Part shown: positions 47,706-61,357 of the stretch, piece after piece
Numbering within the stretch: the stretch's first letter is position 1
Layout: every line of letters starts with the position of its first letter
The notes under the pieces: model-generated
The model's input: the letters and a program-made list of their open reading frames with translations, nothing else
What the model was told of the DNA's origin: nothing
Databases searched by the model: none
NCBI RefSeq assembly: GCF_963921235.1
Contig: NC_086098.1
Span: forward strand, 7,750,001-7,814,000
Direction of reading: 5' to 3'
Length of the DNA stretch: 64,000 nt
DNA from: Mobula hypostoma
Lineage: Eukaryota
Made by a program: the position numbers and the translations under genes

Positions 47706-48174
47706 GGGCAGTGTGGCTTGCTGGGCCAGAAAGGTCTGTTCCTTGCTGTATCTCGAAATGAATAAAATAAAATAAAAATAAGATGCTTCCCAACCTGCTG
47801 AGTTCCTCCAGCATTTTGATGTGTTACTCTGAATTTCCAGCATTTGCAGAACCTCCTGCGTCTATACAGAGTACATTGTGGCTGGATGAAAAATTGAAAT
47901 CTTATCTACCTACCTGAAGAGAGAAATATGGAGGCCGACAAAATGCAAAGGTGTGTGAACAGATTGCCTGGCGAAGGGGTCGGATAAGGGAGGGGATGGC
48001 AGTTTGCTCCCTGACTAGAGAAAGAGCAAACTGAACCTTCCTTCTCCAGAGTTGATCTTACTGCAGTCAGCAAGATTTCTGCAGGACTTGATGGTATTTC
48101 CCCTGGTTGGGGAGTCTAGCACCAAGGCCACTGTCTCCAAGGCATCAACTTATAGCCACTGACAATTGCTTGTT

Positions 48175-48570
48175 AGTCAGAATCAAAATCAGAATCAGGT
48201 TTAATATCGCAAGCATATGTTGTGAAATCTGTTGTTTTGTGGCAGCAGTACAATGCAATTCATAATAATAAAAAACTGCAAATTACAGTAAGTAAACCTA
48301 TAAATTTAAAAAATTAAATTAAATAATTAGTGCAGAAAGAGAAAAAAGTAGCAGAGGTAATGGCTGTTCTTGAATCGTTAAGTGTGCACCTTCAGGCTTC
48401 TGTACCTCCTCCCTGATGGTAGCAATGAGAAGAGGGCATGTCCTGGGTGATGGGGGTCCTGAATAACGGGTGCTGGCTTTTTGAGGCATCGCTCCTTGAA
48501 GATGTCCTGATTGCTGGGGAGGCCGGTGCTCACGATGGAGCTGACTGATTTCACAACTTTCTGCAGCTTA
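48175..48570 (-). mobile_element. Rex1/Babar 3' fragment
   Basis: Antisense DPHHPGHALFSLLPSGRRYRSLK with an (AGAATC)n tail. Confidence 0.75.
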
Positions 48571-49194
48571 TTTTGACCCTGTGCAGTTCCGCCCCCCCGC
48601 CCCCCCCCAGATGAGACGGTGATTTATGTATAACTTTTCATAAATTCTGTTGTATTTCTTTATTCCTCTGTAAACACCTACAAAAAAATGAATTCCAAGG
48701 CAGTACATGTGTACTTTGATAATGAATTTTAGGCAGAGGTGAAAAGAAACTTCACTGCCACTGGTGAACTTTTGAAATTCCCTACCCAAGAGCTTGTGGA
48801 AGCTAAGTTATTGAATATATTCAAGATTGGGGACTTAAAAGTGTATTATGCACTTACTACAGAGGTAAAAGATCAGACTTGACCTTACTGTTTGACCAAG
48901 TAGTCATGAGGGACCAAATAGCCTACTCCTGCTTCTCTTCAATATTTCAGGCGAGGCAAATTGAGACTGGAGAATCTCGTGTGTGTGACAGAACCTGCTT
49001 GATTTTCCTTTCTGGAAATGAATGGTTCAGAATCAGTTTCATTATCACTGAGATAGGACATGAAATTTATTGTTTTGCTGTAGCAGTACAAAGTCAAAAT
49101 TAATTTATTATCTACGTATGTTATTATCACCATATACAAACCTGAGATTCATTTTCTTGTGGGCATACTCAATAAATCCAAGAACCATAATAGA

Positions 49195-49655
49195 TAAGTT
49201 GTAAATCTAGTCAGCTGCATCTTGGGTACTAGCCTACAAAGTATCCAGGACATCTTTAGGGAGTGGTGTCTCAGAAAGGCAACGTCCATTATTAAGGACC
49301 TCCAGCACCCAGGACATGCCCTTTTCTCACTGCTACCATCAGGTAGGAGGTACAGAAGCCTGAAGGCACACACTCAGTGATTCAGGAACAGCTCCTTCCC
49401 TTTGCCATCTGACTCCTAAGTAGATATTGAATCCTTGGACACAGCCTCACATTTTTTAATATAGAGAATTACTGTTTTTTGCACTTTCTTAAATCTATTC
49501 AATGTACGTAATTGATTTACTTGTTTATTTATCATTATTATGTTCTATTTTATTTTTTTTTCTCTGCTAGATTATGTATTGCATTGAACTGCTGCTGCTA
49601 AGTTAACAAATTTCACGTCACATTTCGGTGTTACTAAACCTGATTCTGACTCTAA
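49195..49655 (+). mobile_element. Rex1/Babar 3' fragment
   Basis: Encodes KATSIIKDLQHPGHALFSLLPSGRRYRSLKAH, followed by a (GATTCT)n-like tail. Confidence 0.8.
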
Positions 49656-49744
49656 ATCAATGAAAGACCATACCCAATAAGGCGTACAAACAGGCAGAGA
49701 GAAGGCAGTGGAATGGGGAGGAGCGAGGGAAGATGGCACCAATG

Positions 49745-52455
49745 AATTCTGTAGACCCAGGTGACTTTTTCCAGATCATCCATGAAACAGAGGGGGTGCT
49801 GTGGCTCTACTGGTAAAGAATGGCATCAAATCAGCCGAAAGATGAGTCATTGGATAGGAAGAGGTTGAATCCTTGTGGGTTGAGTTAAGAAACTGCAAGG
49901 GTAAGAGGACGTTGAAGGCAGTTATATACAGGCCTCCCAACAGTGGCTGGGAGGTGGACCACAGGTTACAACAAGAATGAGAAAAGGCAAGTCAAAAGGG
50001 TAATGTTATGGTAGTCATGAGGGATTTTAACATGCAGGTTGATTAGAAAAATCAGGTTGGGAATGGATCTCAAGCGAGTGAGTTTGTTGAATGGCTAAGA
50101 GATAGCTTTTTAGAGCAGTTTGTTGTTGAGTCTACTCAGGGATCAGCTATACTGGATTGGACGTTATGTAATGAAACAGAGGTGATTAGGGAGCTTAAAG
50201 TAAAAGAACCCTTATGAACTAGTGTTCACAATATGATTGTGTTCAACCTGAAATTTGATAGGGAGAAAGTAAAGTCTGATGTAGCAGTGTTTCAGTGGAG
50301 TAAGGGAAATTACAGTGGTACGAGAGAGGAGTTGGCCAAAGTAAATTGGAAGGAGCTGCTGGTAGCGATGTCAGCAAAGCAGCAATGGCGTGCGTTTCTG
50401 GGAAAAATGAGGAAAGTGCAGGACACGTGTATCCCAAAAATGAAGAAATATTCAAATCGTAAAATAGTACAACCATGGCTGACAAGCCAAGTCAAAGCTA
50501 TTGTTAAAGCAAAAGAAAGGGCACACAACAAAGCAAAAATTACTGGGAAGATAGAGGATTGGGAAGATTTTAAAAACCTACAGAGAGCAACTAAAAAATC
50601 ATTAGAAAAGAAAAGATGAAATATGAAAGCAAGCTAGCCAATAATATCAAAATGGATAGTAAAAATTTTTTTCAAGTATGTTAAAAATAAAAGAGAAATG
50701 AGAGTGGGTATAGGGCCGTTAGAAGATGAGGCAGGAAAAATAATAACGGTGGACAAGGGGATGGCTGCTGAACTAAATGAGTATTTTGTATCAGTCTTCA
50801 CTGTGGAAAACACTAGCAGTCTGCCTGATGTTATAGTGTGTGAAGGGAGAGAAGTGGGTGCAGTTACTGTTACAAGAGAGAAGATGCTCAAAAAATTGAA
50901 AAATCCTGGACCAGATGAACTGCACCCTAGGTTTCTGAAAGAGGTAGTGTTAGAGATTGTGGTGGCATTAGAAATTATCTTTCAAAAATCATTGGACTCT
51001 GGAATGGTGCCAGAGAACTGGAAAATTGCAAATGTTGCTCCACTGTTTAAGAAGGAGGAAGGCAGGAGAATGGAAATTATAGACCAGTTAGCCTGACCTC
51101 AGTGGCTGGGAAGATGTTAGAGTTAATTGTAAAGGATGAGGTGATGGAGTACTTGGTGACACAGGACAAAATAGTGCAAAGTCAGGGAAAATCCTGCCTG
51201 ATGGACCTGTTGGAATTCTTTGAAGAGATTACGATAGATAAAGGGGATGTAGTGGATGTTGTATATTTGGATGTACAAAAGGCCTTTGACAAGGTGCCAC
51301 ACATGATGCTGCTTACCAAGTTAAGAACCCATGGTATTACGGGAAAGTTATTAACATGGTTAGAACATTGGCTGATTGGTAAGAGGCAATGAGTGGGAAT
51401 AAAAGGATCCTTTTCTGGTTGGCTGCCAGTGACTAGTGGTGTTCCGCAGGGGTCGATGTTGGGACCACTTCTTTTTATGCTGTATGTAAATTTAGATGAT
51501 GGAATAGATGGCTTTGTTGCCAGGTTTGCAGATGATACAAAGATTGGTTGGAGGGGCAGGTAGTGTTGAGGAAACAGGTAGGATGCAGAAGGATTTAGAC
51601 AGATTAGGAGAATGGGCAAGAAAGTGGCTAATGAAATACAATATTGGAAAATGCATGGTCATGCACTTTGGTAGTAGAAATAAATGTGCAGACTATTTTC
51701 TAAACAGGGAGAAAATCCAGGAATCTGAGGTGCAAAGGGACTTGAGAGTCCTTGTGCAGAACACTCTGAAGGTGAATTTGCAGGTTGAGTCAGTGGTGAG
51801 GAAGGCAAATGCCATGTTAGCATTCATTTCAAGAGATCTAGAAGACAAAAACAAGGATGTGATGCTGAGGTTTTATAAGGCACTGGTCAGGCGTCACCTT
51901 GAGTATTGTGAACAGTTTTGGGCCCTTCATCTTAGAAAAGATGTGCTGGCATTGGAGAGGGTCCAGAGGAGGTTCACAAGGATGATTCCACGAATGGAAA
52001 GGTTATCATACGAAAAACGTTAGATGGCTCTGGGTCTGTACTGCTGGAATTCAGAAGGATGAGGGGGGATCTCATTGAGACATTTTGAATGTTCAAAGGC
52101 CTAGACAGAGTAGAAGTGGAAAGGATGTTTCCCACGGTGGGAGTCTAAGACAAGAGGGCACAGCCTCAGGATAGAGGGGCACCCTTTCAAAACAGTGATT
52201 CGCAGAAATTTCTTTAGTCAATGGTGAATTTGTGGAATTTGTTACCACATGTAACTGTGTAGGCCAGGTTGTTGGGTGTATTTAAGGCAGAGATTGATAG
52301 GTTCTTGATTGGACATGGCATCAAAGGTTACGGGGAGCCGGCCAGGAACTAGGGTTGAGGAGGAGATAGAAAAAAGGATCAGCCATGATTGAATGGTGGA
52401 GCAGGATCGATGGGCCAGATGGCCTAATTCTGCTTCTATGTCTTATGGTCTTATA
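49745..52455 (+). mobile_element. Old near-complete CR1 ORF2 (endonuclease plus RT), decayed
   Basis: IYRPP, DFNM, PGPDELHP, YLDVQKAFDKVPH, GVPQGS and FADD motifs across frames. (TCTTATGG)n tail. Confidence 0.9.
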
Positions 52456-52533
52456 TGGGGAAAAGGAAGGAGACTGGGGCTGAGAGGAAAATTGGATCAG
52501 CCATAATGAAATGGTCCTCTATCTTATGGTATT

Positions 52534-55500
52534 TGTAATGTATGGATCTATTTTTTTATAGCAATGACATGCCCCCTCCCCTTAGCATTACATAATGATC
52601 TGTTATCTACACATGTGCTTTGTTCTTTCTTGCTCTCTCACTGCAATGTTAAAACCATCTCCCATGTGCGAACTTTTGTTTAATTAGTATGTAGTTGTGC
52701 ATACACACAACAAATTGGCGACGTGCATGAACCTGAATGTCAGAGAATACATGAACTGCACTGACAGTTACGGCATGATTACAGGATGAAACGGCGAGAG
52801 TTAAACAGTACTGAGAAGGCTGTCACAGACACTAACAGAGATGTGAGTACAGTGCATAGTAACAGTGAAAGATGCGCTGAACTTAAAGTAAAAATAATGT
52901 TGTGATGGCTTTAGTCGAGAAAGTGGATGAATATGATAGTGCTAATGAAGGCTGGGAGTCGTATATTGAGAGGGTAGAACTGTATTGTAGCACGAACAAT
53001 GTGGAGGAGCAAAAGAGAGTCGCAACACTTCTTAGCTTAATGGGCCCAAGAATGTACAGTATCTTACGAAAACTAGTAACCGCTGAAAAGCCAGCAAGCA
53101 ATATATTCGATGAAATTGTTACAATTTTACAAAATCACTTGAGCCCTAAACTGTTGGTATTGGCTGAGAGATTTGGATTTTATTAAGAGAATCAGTCAAA
53201 AGGTGAAAACATTTCTGTATACATATCAGAACTGCGCAAACCTCCCTAGCACCTTGACTTTAGAGATTGACTTTCTGAAGCATTAAAGGACAGACTTGTA
53301 TGTGGCATGCAAGGTCAATGGAATCAAATGAGGCTACTGGCAGAAGGAGATCTAACCTTAGAATGGACATTGACCATTGCAATATCATTCGAGAAAAGGA
53401 TGCAGCAGAACTACAGAGGGGGAGTTTAGGCTGTGAGATGCACAAAATGTCCCTGAATGGTGCAAAAAGCCAAAGATGTTATCGATGTGGCAAGTCTTCC
53501 TATGATGCAAATGACTGTTGATTCAAAGAAAAAGTCTGCAGAAAGTGTCACAGACAAGGTCACATAGAGATAGAGTGTGCAAGGCAGACTAAAAGCACAA
53601 CGAAGTAAAAAGTCTTAAACACAAAACTAAGCAAATGCATAAAGTTATCAAATGTAAAACAGATTCAGACAACATAGAGTCCGACAAGGTGAACTGTCAT
53701 GCCTATAACTGCATTGTATGTCTGATTCACCTGGATCACAATAGATGTGTCCGGTTTAAAACTGAAAATGGAGCTGGATACAGGGTCAGGTTTGTCCATG
53801 ATTCCAGAGGCTGATTACAACAGACTGTTTTCTGAAATACCATTAGAGAAGACCTCAGCGATACTGAAGAGCTACACAGGGGAAAAAGTGTCCCCCAAAG
53901 GCAAACTGAAACTGAATGTGACGTAAGGAGGCCAAACACAGCAATTAGAGCTTTACACACAAAATGCTGGAGGAACTCAGCAGACCAGGCAGCATCTAGG
54001 AAAAGAGCACAGTCAATATTTTAGGCCAAAACCCTTTGGCAGGACTGGAGAAAAAAGCTGAGGAGTAGATTTAAAAGGTGGGGGGAGGGGAAAGAGAACG
54101 ACAAGGTGATAGGTGAAACCTGAAGTGAGAAGGATGAAGTAAAGAGCTGGGAAGTTGATTGGTAAAAGAGACAGGAGGCTATGGAAGAAAGAAAAGGGCA
54201 GAGGAACACCAGAGGGAGGTGATGAGCAGGCAAGAAGATAAGGTGAGGGAGGGAAAAGGGGATGGGAAATGGTGAAGGGGGGGAGTGGGTTTATGTATTG
54301 AAAAGTGAAGGGCCAGCACTTTTTGGACGTGAATGGTTGAGAAAAATCCAGCTAGACTAGCAATCAATCAAAGCTCTTAGTGTGACATCAACAGGCAGCA
54401 GCAGCCCAAATGGTAGCACTAACCAGAGACTGGCTCAGCCGCTTAATGCTAATGAGAAGATGTTTGAGAAGGGGATTGGTAAACTCAGAGGCATGAAAGC
54501 CTGAATCGAACTGGCTGAAACAGCAACACCAAGATTCCATAAAGCGTGTCCAGTGTCTTACGCCCTACATCCTAACGTGGACGTTGAACTGCAGAGCTTG
54601 GAGGCATCTGGAATTCTCTCCAAGGTAGAGTAGCGATGAGGCCGTGCCCATTGTCTCAGTGATAAGGAAAGGGAAGACTGGATCCATTTGCATATGTGAG
54701 GATTTCAAGGTGAGCATCAACCCGGTGGGGCGTACTGTGCAGTATCCTCGCCATGAATAGAAGACTTTTTTGCATCATTGACTAGCAGGGATAGGTTTTC
54801 AAAGATTGACTTGTCACAGGCCTATCTGCAAATGGAGGTTGAGGAGTCAAGCAGGAAGTTCCTCACTATCAACACTCACAAGGGACTGTTCCAGTATATC
54901 CATCTTGTCTTTGGCGCCACATCAGCTCCAGCAATTTAGCGAAGGGCAATGGAAGAAGTGCTCCAAGATATCCCAAAAACACAATGTTACTTCAATGACA
55001 CATTGTGACTGGCAAAAATAGTGACAAGCATCTCCAGAACCTTGGTAAGGTGCTTACCAGGCTGAGTGAGTGTGGTCTGTGTGCAAAGAGAGAGAAATGT
55101 GAGTTTTTCAAGAATGAAATCTCATACTGTGGACATGTCATTGACAAGCAGGGCTTCCGTAAGCACAGGAGAGGATGGAAGCAGTGCTACAGGCACCGAT
55201 AATGGTAAACTACTACCATTGGTTTCCCCCAGACATTGCTACAGTACTGCATCCATTGAATGCATGGTTATAGACAGGAGCCAAGTGGGAATGGTCAGAA
55301 AGATGTAAAAATGTATTCAAGGAAGCAAAGAGACTGATAGCATCTGATGAACTGCTCACCCATTATGATCCATCTCCGCCCATTCGACTGGCATGTGATG
55401 CATCCCCTTATGACATTGAAACCGTTTTGTTACATATTATGAAAGATCGATCTGAATCCCCGATTGTGTTTGCTTCAAGATCACTGACAGGCACAGAACA

Positions 55501-57440
55501 CCCCTACGCACGGGTTGAGCTTAGTCTGGTATGGGGAATCTAGAAGTTCTACCACTACCTCTACGGACAAAGGTTTACACTGGTGACAGATCACCAGCCC
55601 TTTGTGTCTATTTTCAATCCCAGGAAAGGAATTCCAGTGATGACCACTACCCAGTTACAATGTTGCGCACTGTTCCGAGGAGCCCACTCTTATGAGTTCA
55701 ATGGTACCAAACGACACAGCAAAGCTGATGGCTTGTCACGCCTTCAACTATTGGCAACTAAAGAAGAAAAGTCTTCATATTGTGACCCAGCAGAAGAGTT
55801 CCACACCACATTGGTGGACCAGCTGCTGATAATAAATCCTGAAGTACAAAGGGAAACAAGGAATGACCCGACATTGTCAAAAATCTATGACATCACCATG
55901 CAAAGATGGGCAGCACATGGTAGCCCTTTGTTTCGAGAGTTCTCAGTGAGACAAGACCAACTGTTGGTATGTCAAAGCACACTGATGTGTGGATCTCGAG
56001 TTGTGGTTCCCTTTAAACTGCACACCAGAGTGTTGGAAATCTGCATGAAGGACATCTGGGTACAGTCAAGATGAAGAATCTCGCCTGGAGCTACATGTGG
56101 TAGCCGGGAACAGATTGAATACTCAGCCAAGAGCTGTTTGGGATGCCAATAAGTTCAAAATACATCTCCATAGGCATCATTACACCTGTGGGAGCAGTTG
56201 TCATCACCATTGCAAAGAGTATATTCAAGGTGACTGGAGGTTATACCAATGAAGTCAACCACCTCAGCAAAGACTGTCTCCACTCTGAGGACTACATTTG
56301 GCAGAAATGGCTGACCAGAACAAATTGTGAGTGACAGCAGACCACAATACACATCTGAACAATTTGGACTGTTCGTCAAGAAAAATGGCATCCGACATTT
56401 CAAGTCAGCTCCTCACCACCCAGCAACGAACAGGTTAGCCGAAAGGTTTATTCAAACATTCAAGAAGTCCATTAAAGCAATGGACAAGGAGGACATTTCT
56501 TTACAGCACAAGGTGGACAACTTCCTTTTTGTGTATCAGAACGCTGTTCATACAATGACAAATCAAACACCTGCAATGCTGTTCATGAACAGGAATCTGA
56601 GATCTCACATAGATCTGTGGAAGGAAGTGCAGAATAAACAGTTCAGCCAGTTGCCAAGTGAAGTAGCAAGGAGCTTTGAGATTGGACAGGAAGTCCTACC
56701 GTGTGATTACCAAGAAGACAAGTGGATACCCAGTAGGATAACTACAAGAACTGGACCACCGATGTAAACAGTGGATGTTGGAGATCAGACGCGGGGACAT
56801 CATGTGGACCAGATATTGGATGCTCAAATGAAGAACACACCTGAGTTGACTGCATGCAACAAGATGGACACAATACAGTCACCGGACTTACCTGTCAGTG
56901 ATGACATTACTGACAGCAGCGTGACATCAGAAACAGAGAACGTTGTCTTAGACAAGACACCACCAAACCTGATCCTACTCCACAGGTCTAGAGGTGTGAT
57001 GAGAAATTATCATGACAGGACACCTGCTAAACCTGCTGCCACTCCATAGATCCAGAGGCGCTGTCCTGAAAGGAACAGAGCACCACCCCCAAAAGACTGA
57101 ACTTTTAGATCTGTGAAGTTAGTTATGGACTGTTATAGTGAAAGCATGTTTATTTGAAATACGAGTTTATGAAAGGGAAATCGTATGTTTTGTACATAGG
57201 CAGTTTTCTGCTGCATTAATCTAAGGGGGAGGAGGTAAGAGCAATGTATAGATCTATATCTTTTAGAACAATCACCTCCTCTTAATACTATGTATTTATC
57301 TGTTGTCTGTCCATACACTGTTGTCTACCCATGCGCATTGTTCTCTCTCTCTCTTGCTACAATGTGAATACACCCATTAAAGCCATCTCTCGTGTGTGTG
57401 CTTTTATTCAATATATATGTATTTGTGCAGAGACTTAGCA
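52534..57440 (+). mobile_element. Full-length decayed Gypsy LTR retrotransposon (Mag-like)
   Basis: 5' LTR 52534-52712 (TG...CA) and PBS TGGCGACG at 52716. Gag WESYIERVE with two CCHC knuckles near 53475-53570. Protease MELDTG near 53768, RT FSKIDLSQAYLQ near 54800, RNase H LACDASPY near 55390, integrase SAPHHPATNRLAERFIQTFK near 56405. PPT AAGGGGGAGGAGG at 57223 and a diverged 3' LTR at about 57240-57440. Flanks GTATT and GTCTT. Confidence 0.9.
53955..54290 (-). mobile_element. Old Penelope 3' fragment inserted in the Gypsy pol
   Basis: CACACAAAATGCTGGAGGAACTCAGCAG, a degenerate hammerhead and a purine tract. TTTA at both junctions. Confidence 0.75.
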
Positions 57441-57490
57441 GTCTTAAAGTCTTATATGCTTTAATTATGGATTTCTATCACGTTATCCTT

Positions 57491-57848
57491 GGGTGGTGGG
57501 GTGGAGAAACGTCTCTAGCAAGGGAGGTGTAAGGCGCTGCTTCCCTCGACAAGCCTGCAGGTCACCCTTGGGAAGGGTGTAGAACCCACATACCCCTCAA
57601 CTGGGGTCATGTGAATCTACAGGAGCAGGTGGTGGATGGTCGTATGAGCAGCTGGTGCATATCACACATCCTGATTATGTGACCACTGACACCAGGCAGA
57701 CAGTCTCTGAAGAGTATTGACAATGGCTGGGGTCATCTGTCTTGTTAAGACACTGGCCAGAAGAAGGCAAACCACATCTGTAGGGAGATTTGCCACGAAC
57801 AGTCATGATCAAAAGACCATGATTGTCCACGTCATGATGATGATGACG
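57491..57848 (+). mobile_element. RTE-related SINE-like element
   Basis: GAAGAAGGCAAACCAC motif resembling RTE/BovB 5' sequence, an (ATG)n tail, and ATCCTT on both sides. Confidence 0.5.
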
Positions 57849-58753
57849 ATCCTTAACTGCTTTTCCTAAAAAAAACTCAAATCATACTCATCTTTAAAAA
57901 CGCTTGAAAAATAGTGAAGATAAGAATTTGTTACGAGCACCCAGCAATTGAAACAATAGTCAAATAACACTGAAAATGCTTTTTTCTAATCTATTATTTA
58001 TAATGCAAAATGTGATGGTATTTATTAAAAAGTGGCAGTGAGGGCCCTGTGATGGTTGTCTGTAAGCATGATTTGCCAGAAGGAGGGATGAAAGAAGTTT
58101 GCATGTCCAATTGACTCAGTTGTTCCGTTAGATAAATGTACTGGTTACAGTCAGATATGATTTCCCTCAGGAAGAAATAAATAATTGAAAAGAGAAGCAT
58201 CCTAGAAACCATAATTAAAGCAGGGAACTGCAATATTGAAATGGTTTTGAAATGAAAGCACGAAAAGTAATGAGTTTTTAAAGACTTTTGTAATCAAGTA
58301 GTTAAATACAAGTTAGTTTTTTTCCTGATGATCAACTGCTTTGGGATACCTTTCTGGTAGCAATTAGCTTGATGATGAGATTGTTTAATGATGTCATAAT
58401 AGCAATATGATTCAAATAGCGTGCATTTCAGGGCCCACAAATAAAATGCTCCTGTAAAACGCATTACAGCGGAATTGCAACTTTAACATTACAATAGCAG
58501 GAGGGAAGAGATTAAGTTCATGAGATTAAACTGCAGATGGGGAAATAATAGAAATGAGGGTCATTACTGGGGTCACCGTTACCGCATTTGATGCATTATT
58601 ATTCCAGAAGTTAACTTTGCCAGGAGAATGGTGTGTGTTGTAGGTGCTGCCGACCAGGAATCCTACTCTAGAAGCTGCCTAGAATTTCTCTTCTGTATAG
58701 CCCTCTATTTTTCTAAGCTCCATGGACCTATCTAAGAGTCTGTTAAAAGACCC

Positions 58754-59350
58754 GGTATTTCTATATCTGACCAATATGTAATTGCATTTGTCACATTATT
58801 GGCCAGAAGGGTTATTTTATTGAAATGGAAAGATTCCTCTGCTCCTACTTTGATACAATGGTTCTCTCAGGTGATGTTATGTCTTAGTTTGCAAAAAATT
58901 AGAAGTCGATCTTTTGATCCTAGAATTGACTTCGAGAAAAGGTGGGGTTCTTTTGCCCGTTATTATCATTTGACTTGAGTCAATAAAGATGGTCCTTTTC
59001 TGATGCTTGGGTATATGGATTTGGTGGGCGGTTTGATGCCTTTTTTTTTAATGGAAGCTTGTATGGCATCTAGCTCCCGGTTTGTGCTCCAAATGGGTGT
59101 TTTTTTTCCCATTTTTCTTTGGTTATTAGGGGTTTTCTTCTGTTTTAGTTAGTAGGGGTTCCTTTTTTCTTTCTTTCTTTTTTCCATTAAAAAATAAGCT
59201 TTAACACTTTGTTTTTTGATTATTATTGATATGCTGTTCAGCCTGGTTGATAGTTTAACTCTTATTCTACATATGGATATGTTGTCTTGATTATTTTGAT
59301 ATATTTTTCTGTTGTTGATTTTCGATAATAATTAATAAAAGGATTTTTAA
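58754..59350 (+). mobile_element. L1/Tx1-clade 3' end
   Basis: Encodes LLARRVILLKWKDSSAPTLIQWF...FEKRWGSF, followed by a T-rich 3'UTR and AATAAA. 9-bp TSD AAAAGACCC at 58745-58753 and 59351-59359. Confidence 0.85.
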
Positions 59351-59394
59351 AAAAGACCCTGTTGCATCACTGTATGAGTACAATTATCTATTGT

Positions 59395-61357
59395 AGAATT
59401 GGTTAGCAGACAGGAAGCAAAGAGTGGGAATAAACGGGACCTTTTCAGAATGGCAGGCAGTGACTAGTGGGGTACCGCAAGGCTCAGTGCTGGGACCCCA
59501 GTTGTTTACAATATATATTAATGACTTGGATGAGGGAATTAAATGCAGCATCTCCAAGTTTGCGGATGACACGAAGCTGGGTGGCAGTGTTAGCTGTGAG
59601 GAGGATGCTAAGAGGATGCAGGGTGACTTGGATAGGTTGGGTGAGTGGGCAAACTCATGGCAGATGCAATTTAATGTGGATAAATGTGAAGTTATCCACT
59701 TTGGTGGCAAAAATAGGAAAACAGATTATTATCTGAATGGTGGCCGATTAGGAAAAGGGGAGGTGCAACGAGACCTGGGTGTCATTGTACACCAGTCATT
59801 GAAAGTGGGCATGCAGGTACAGCAGGCGGTGAAAAAGGCGAATGGTATGCTGGCATTTATAGCGAGAGGATTCGAGTACAGGAGCAGGGAGGTACTACTG
59901 CAGTTGTACAAGGCCTTGGTGAGACCACACCTGGAGTATTGTGTGCAGTTTTGGTCCCCTAATCTGAGGAAAGACATCTTTGCCATAGAGGGAGTACAAA
60001 GAAGGTTCACCAGATTGATTCATGGGATGGCAGGACTTTCATATGAAGAAAGACTGGATGAACTGGGCTTGTACTCGTTAGAATTTAGAAGATTGAGGGG
60101 GGATCTGATTGAAACGTATAAGATCCTAAAGGGATTGGACAGGCTAGATGCAGGAAGATTGTTCCCGATGTTGGGGAAGTCCAGAACGAGGGGTCACAGT
60201 TTGAGGATAGAGGGGAAGCCTTTTAGGACCGAGATTAGGAAAAACTTCTTCACACAGAGAGTGGTGAATCTGTGGAATTCTCTGCCACAGCAAACTGTTG
60301 AGGCCAGTTCATTGGCTATGTTACGTACCCCGTAACTGGGTTGCCAAACCAGCAGAAATGGATCACTCGGTTGGAGTCTGGAGTACTAGAACTAAGAAAG
60401 TTTTATTTAAGAAACAAGCAACACAGTAATCGAAAGGATAATAAATGCAACAGTTCAGCGATGATAAACACACATGTGCACAGAATTAAGATAACAGCAT
60501 CAATCAAGCTCTATCGTTGTCTAGGGGTAAATGACCAAATTTCAAAGTGACTCAAAGTTCAGTCCAGTTTAGTAGTTCAGTTCGCAGTAATCGTTGCCAT
60601 GGCGATGGACAACATGGGGGAAGAGAGAGATAGAACAGGAACAACTGATCATTCAGACACTGCTTCACTCACAGACCGGCGAGATGGCTCACAAGCAGCT
60701 TTTGGGTGGGTCCTTGGTGATGTCACCTGAGGTCACCGACTGTGACCCCTCCTCCAGATGCGGTCGATCCTCTGCAGTGAACCCGGCACCCAGGCAAGGG
60801 CGGACACACACCGGGTTCCCGCTGATCGTACCTTTCCACCCTGTGCGTTGTCCGATACTTCTCACCAACTCGTGAGAGGCGTACCGCTTCCAGGGTCTCG
60901 TTACCTCGGGTGGCGTGTGTGTGTCTTAGCGAACCTGTCCCTTTTTTATCCCCCTGCTGGGGCATCGCCTGTCCACCACTTCAAACAGTTCAGGGTTCAA
61001 AGGGGAAGCCGCTCCCGACAGCTCTCTCTCCCACGTCCCTTCATTACACATCTCCAGACGCTGCTCCATTGTTCCTTATCTCTCCTTCCCCTGAGGGCAG
61101 GTGGCAGACCAACTGCTGATGCCACTGATGCTGGCCCAGGCCAGCAAACATCTTAATTTTATGTGTATTCTCGTCACAGCTATGTTTAAGAGGGAGTTAG
61201 ATATGGCCCTTGTGGCTACGGGGGTCAGGGGGTATGGAGGGAAGGCTGGGGCGGGGTTCTGAGTTGGATGATCAGCCATGATCATAATAAATGGCGGTGC
61301 AGGCTCGAAGGGCCAAATGGCCTACTCCTGCACCTATTTTCTATGTTTCTATGTTTC
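59395..61357 (+). mobile_element. Young CR1, 5'-truncated and split by a solo LTR
   Basis: Near-identical to 5912-7019. Contains ORF 59424-60335. TSD TATGAGTA at 59373-59380 and 61358-61365. Confidence 0.93.
60319..61178 (-). mobile_element. Solo LTR (860 bp)
   Basis: Termini TGTTACG...CGTCACA and 4-bp TSD GCTA at 60315-60318 and 61179-61182. The minus strand has a TATA-like GATAAAAA near 60945 and AATAAA near 60405. Confidence 0.85.
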
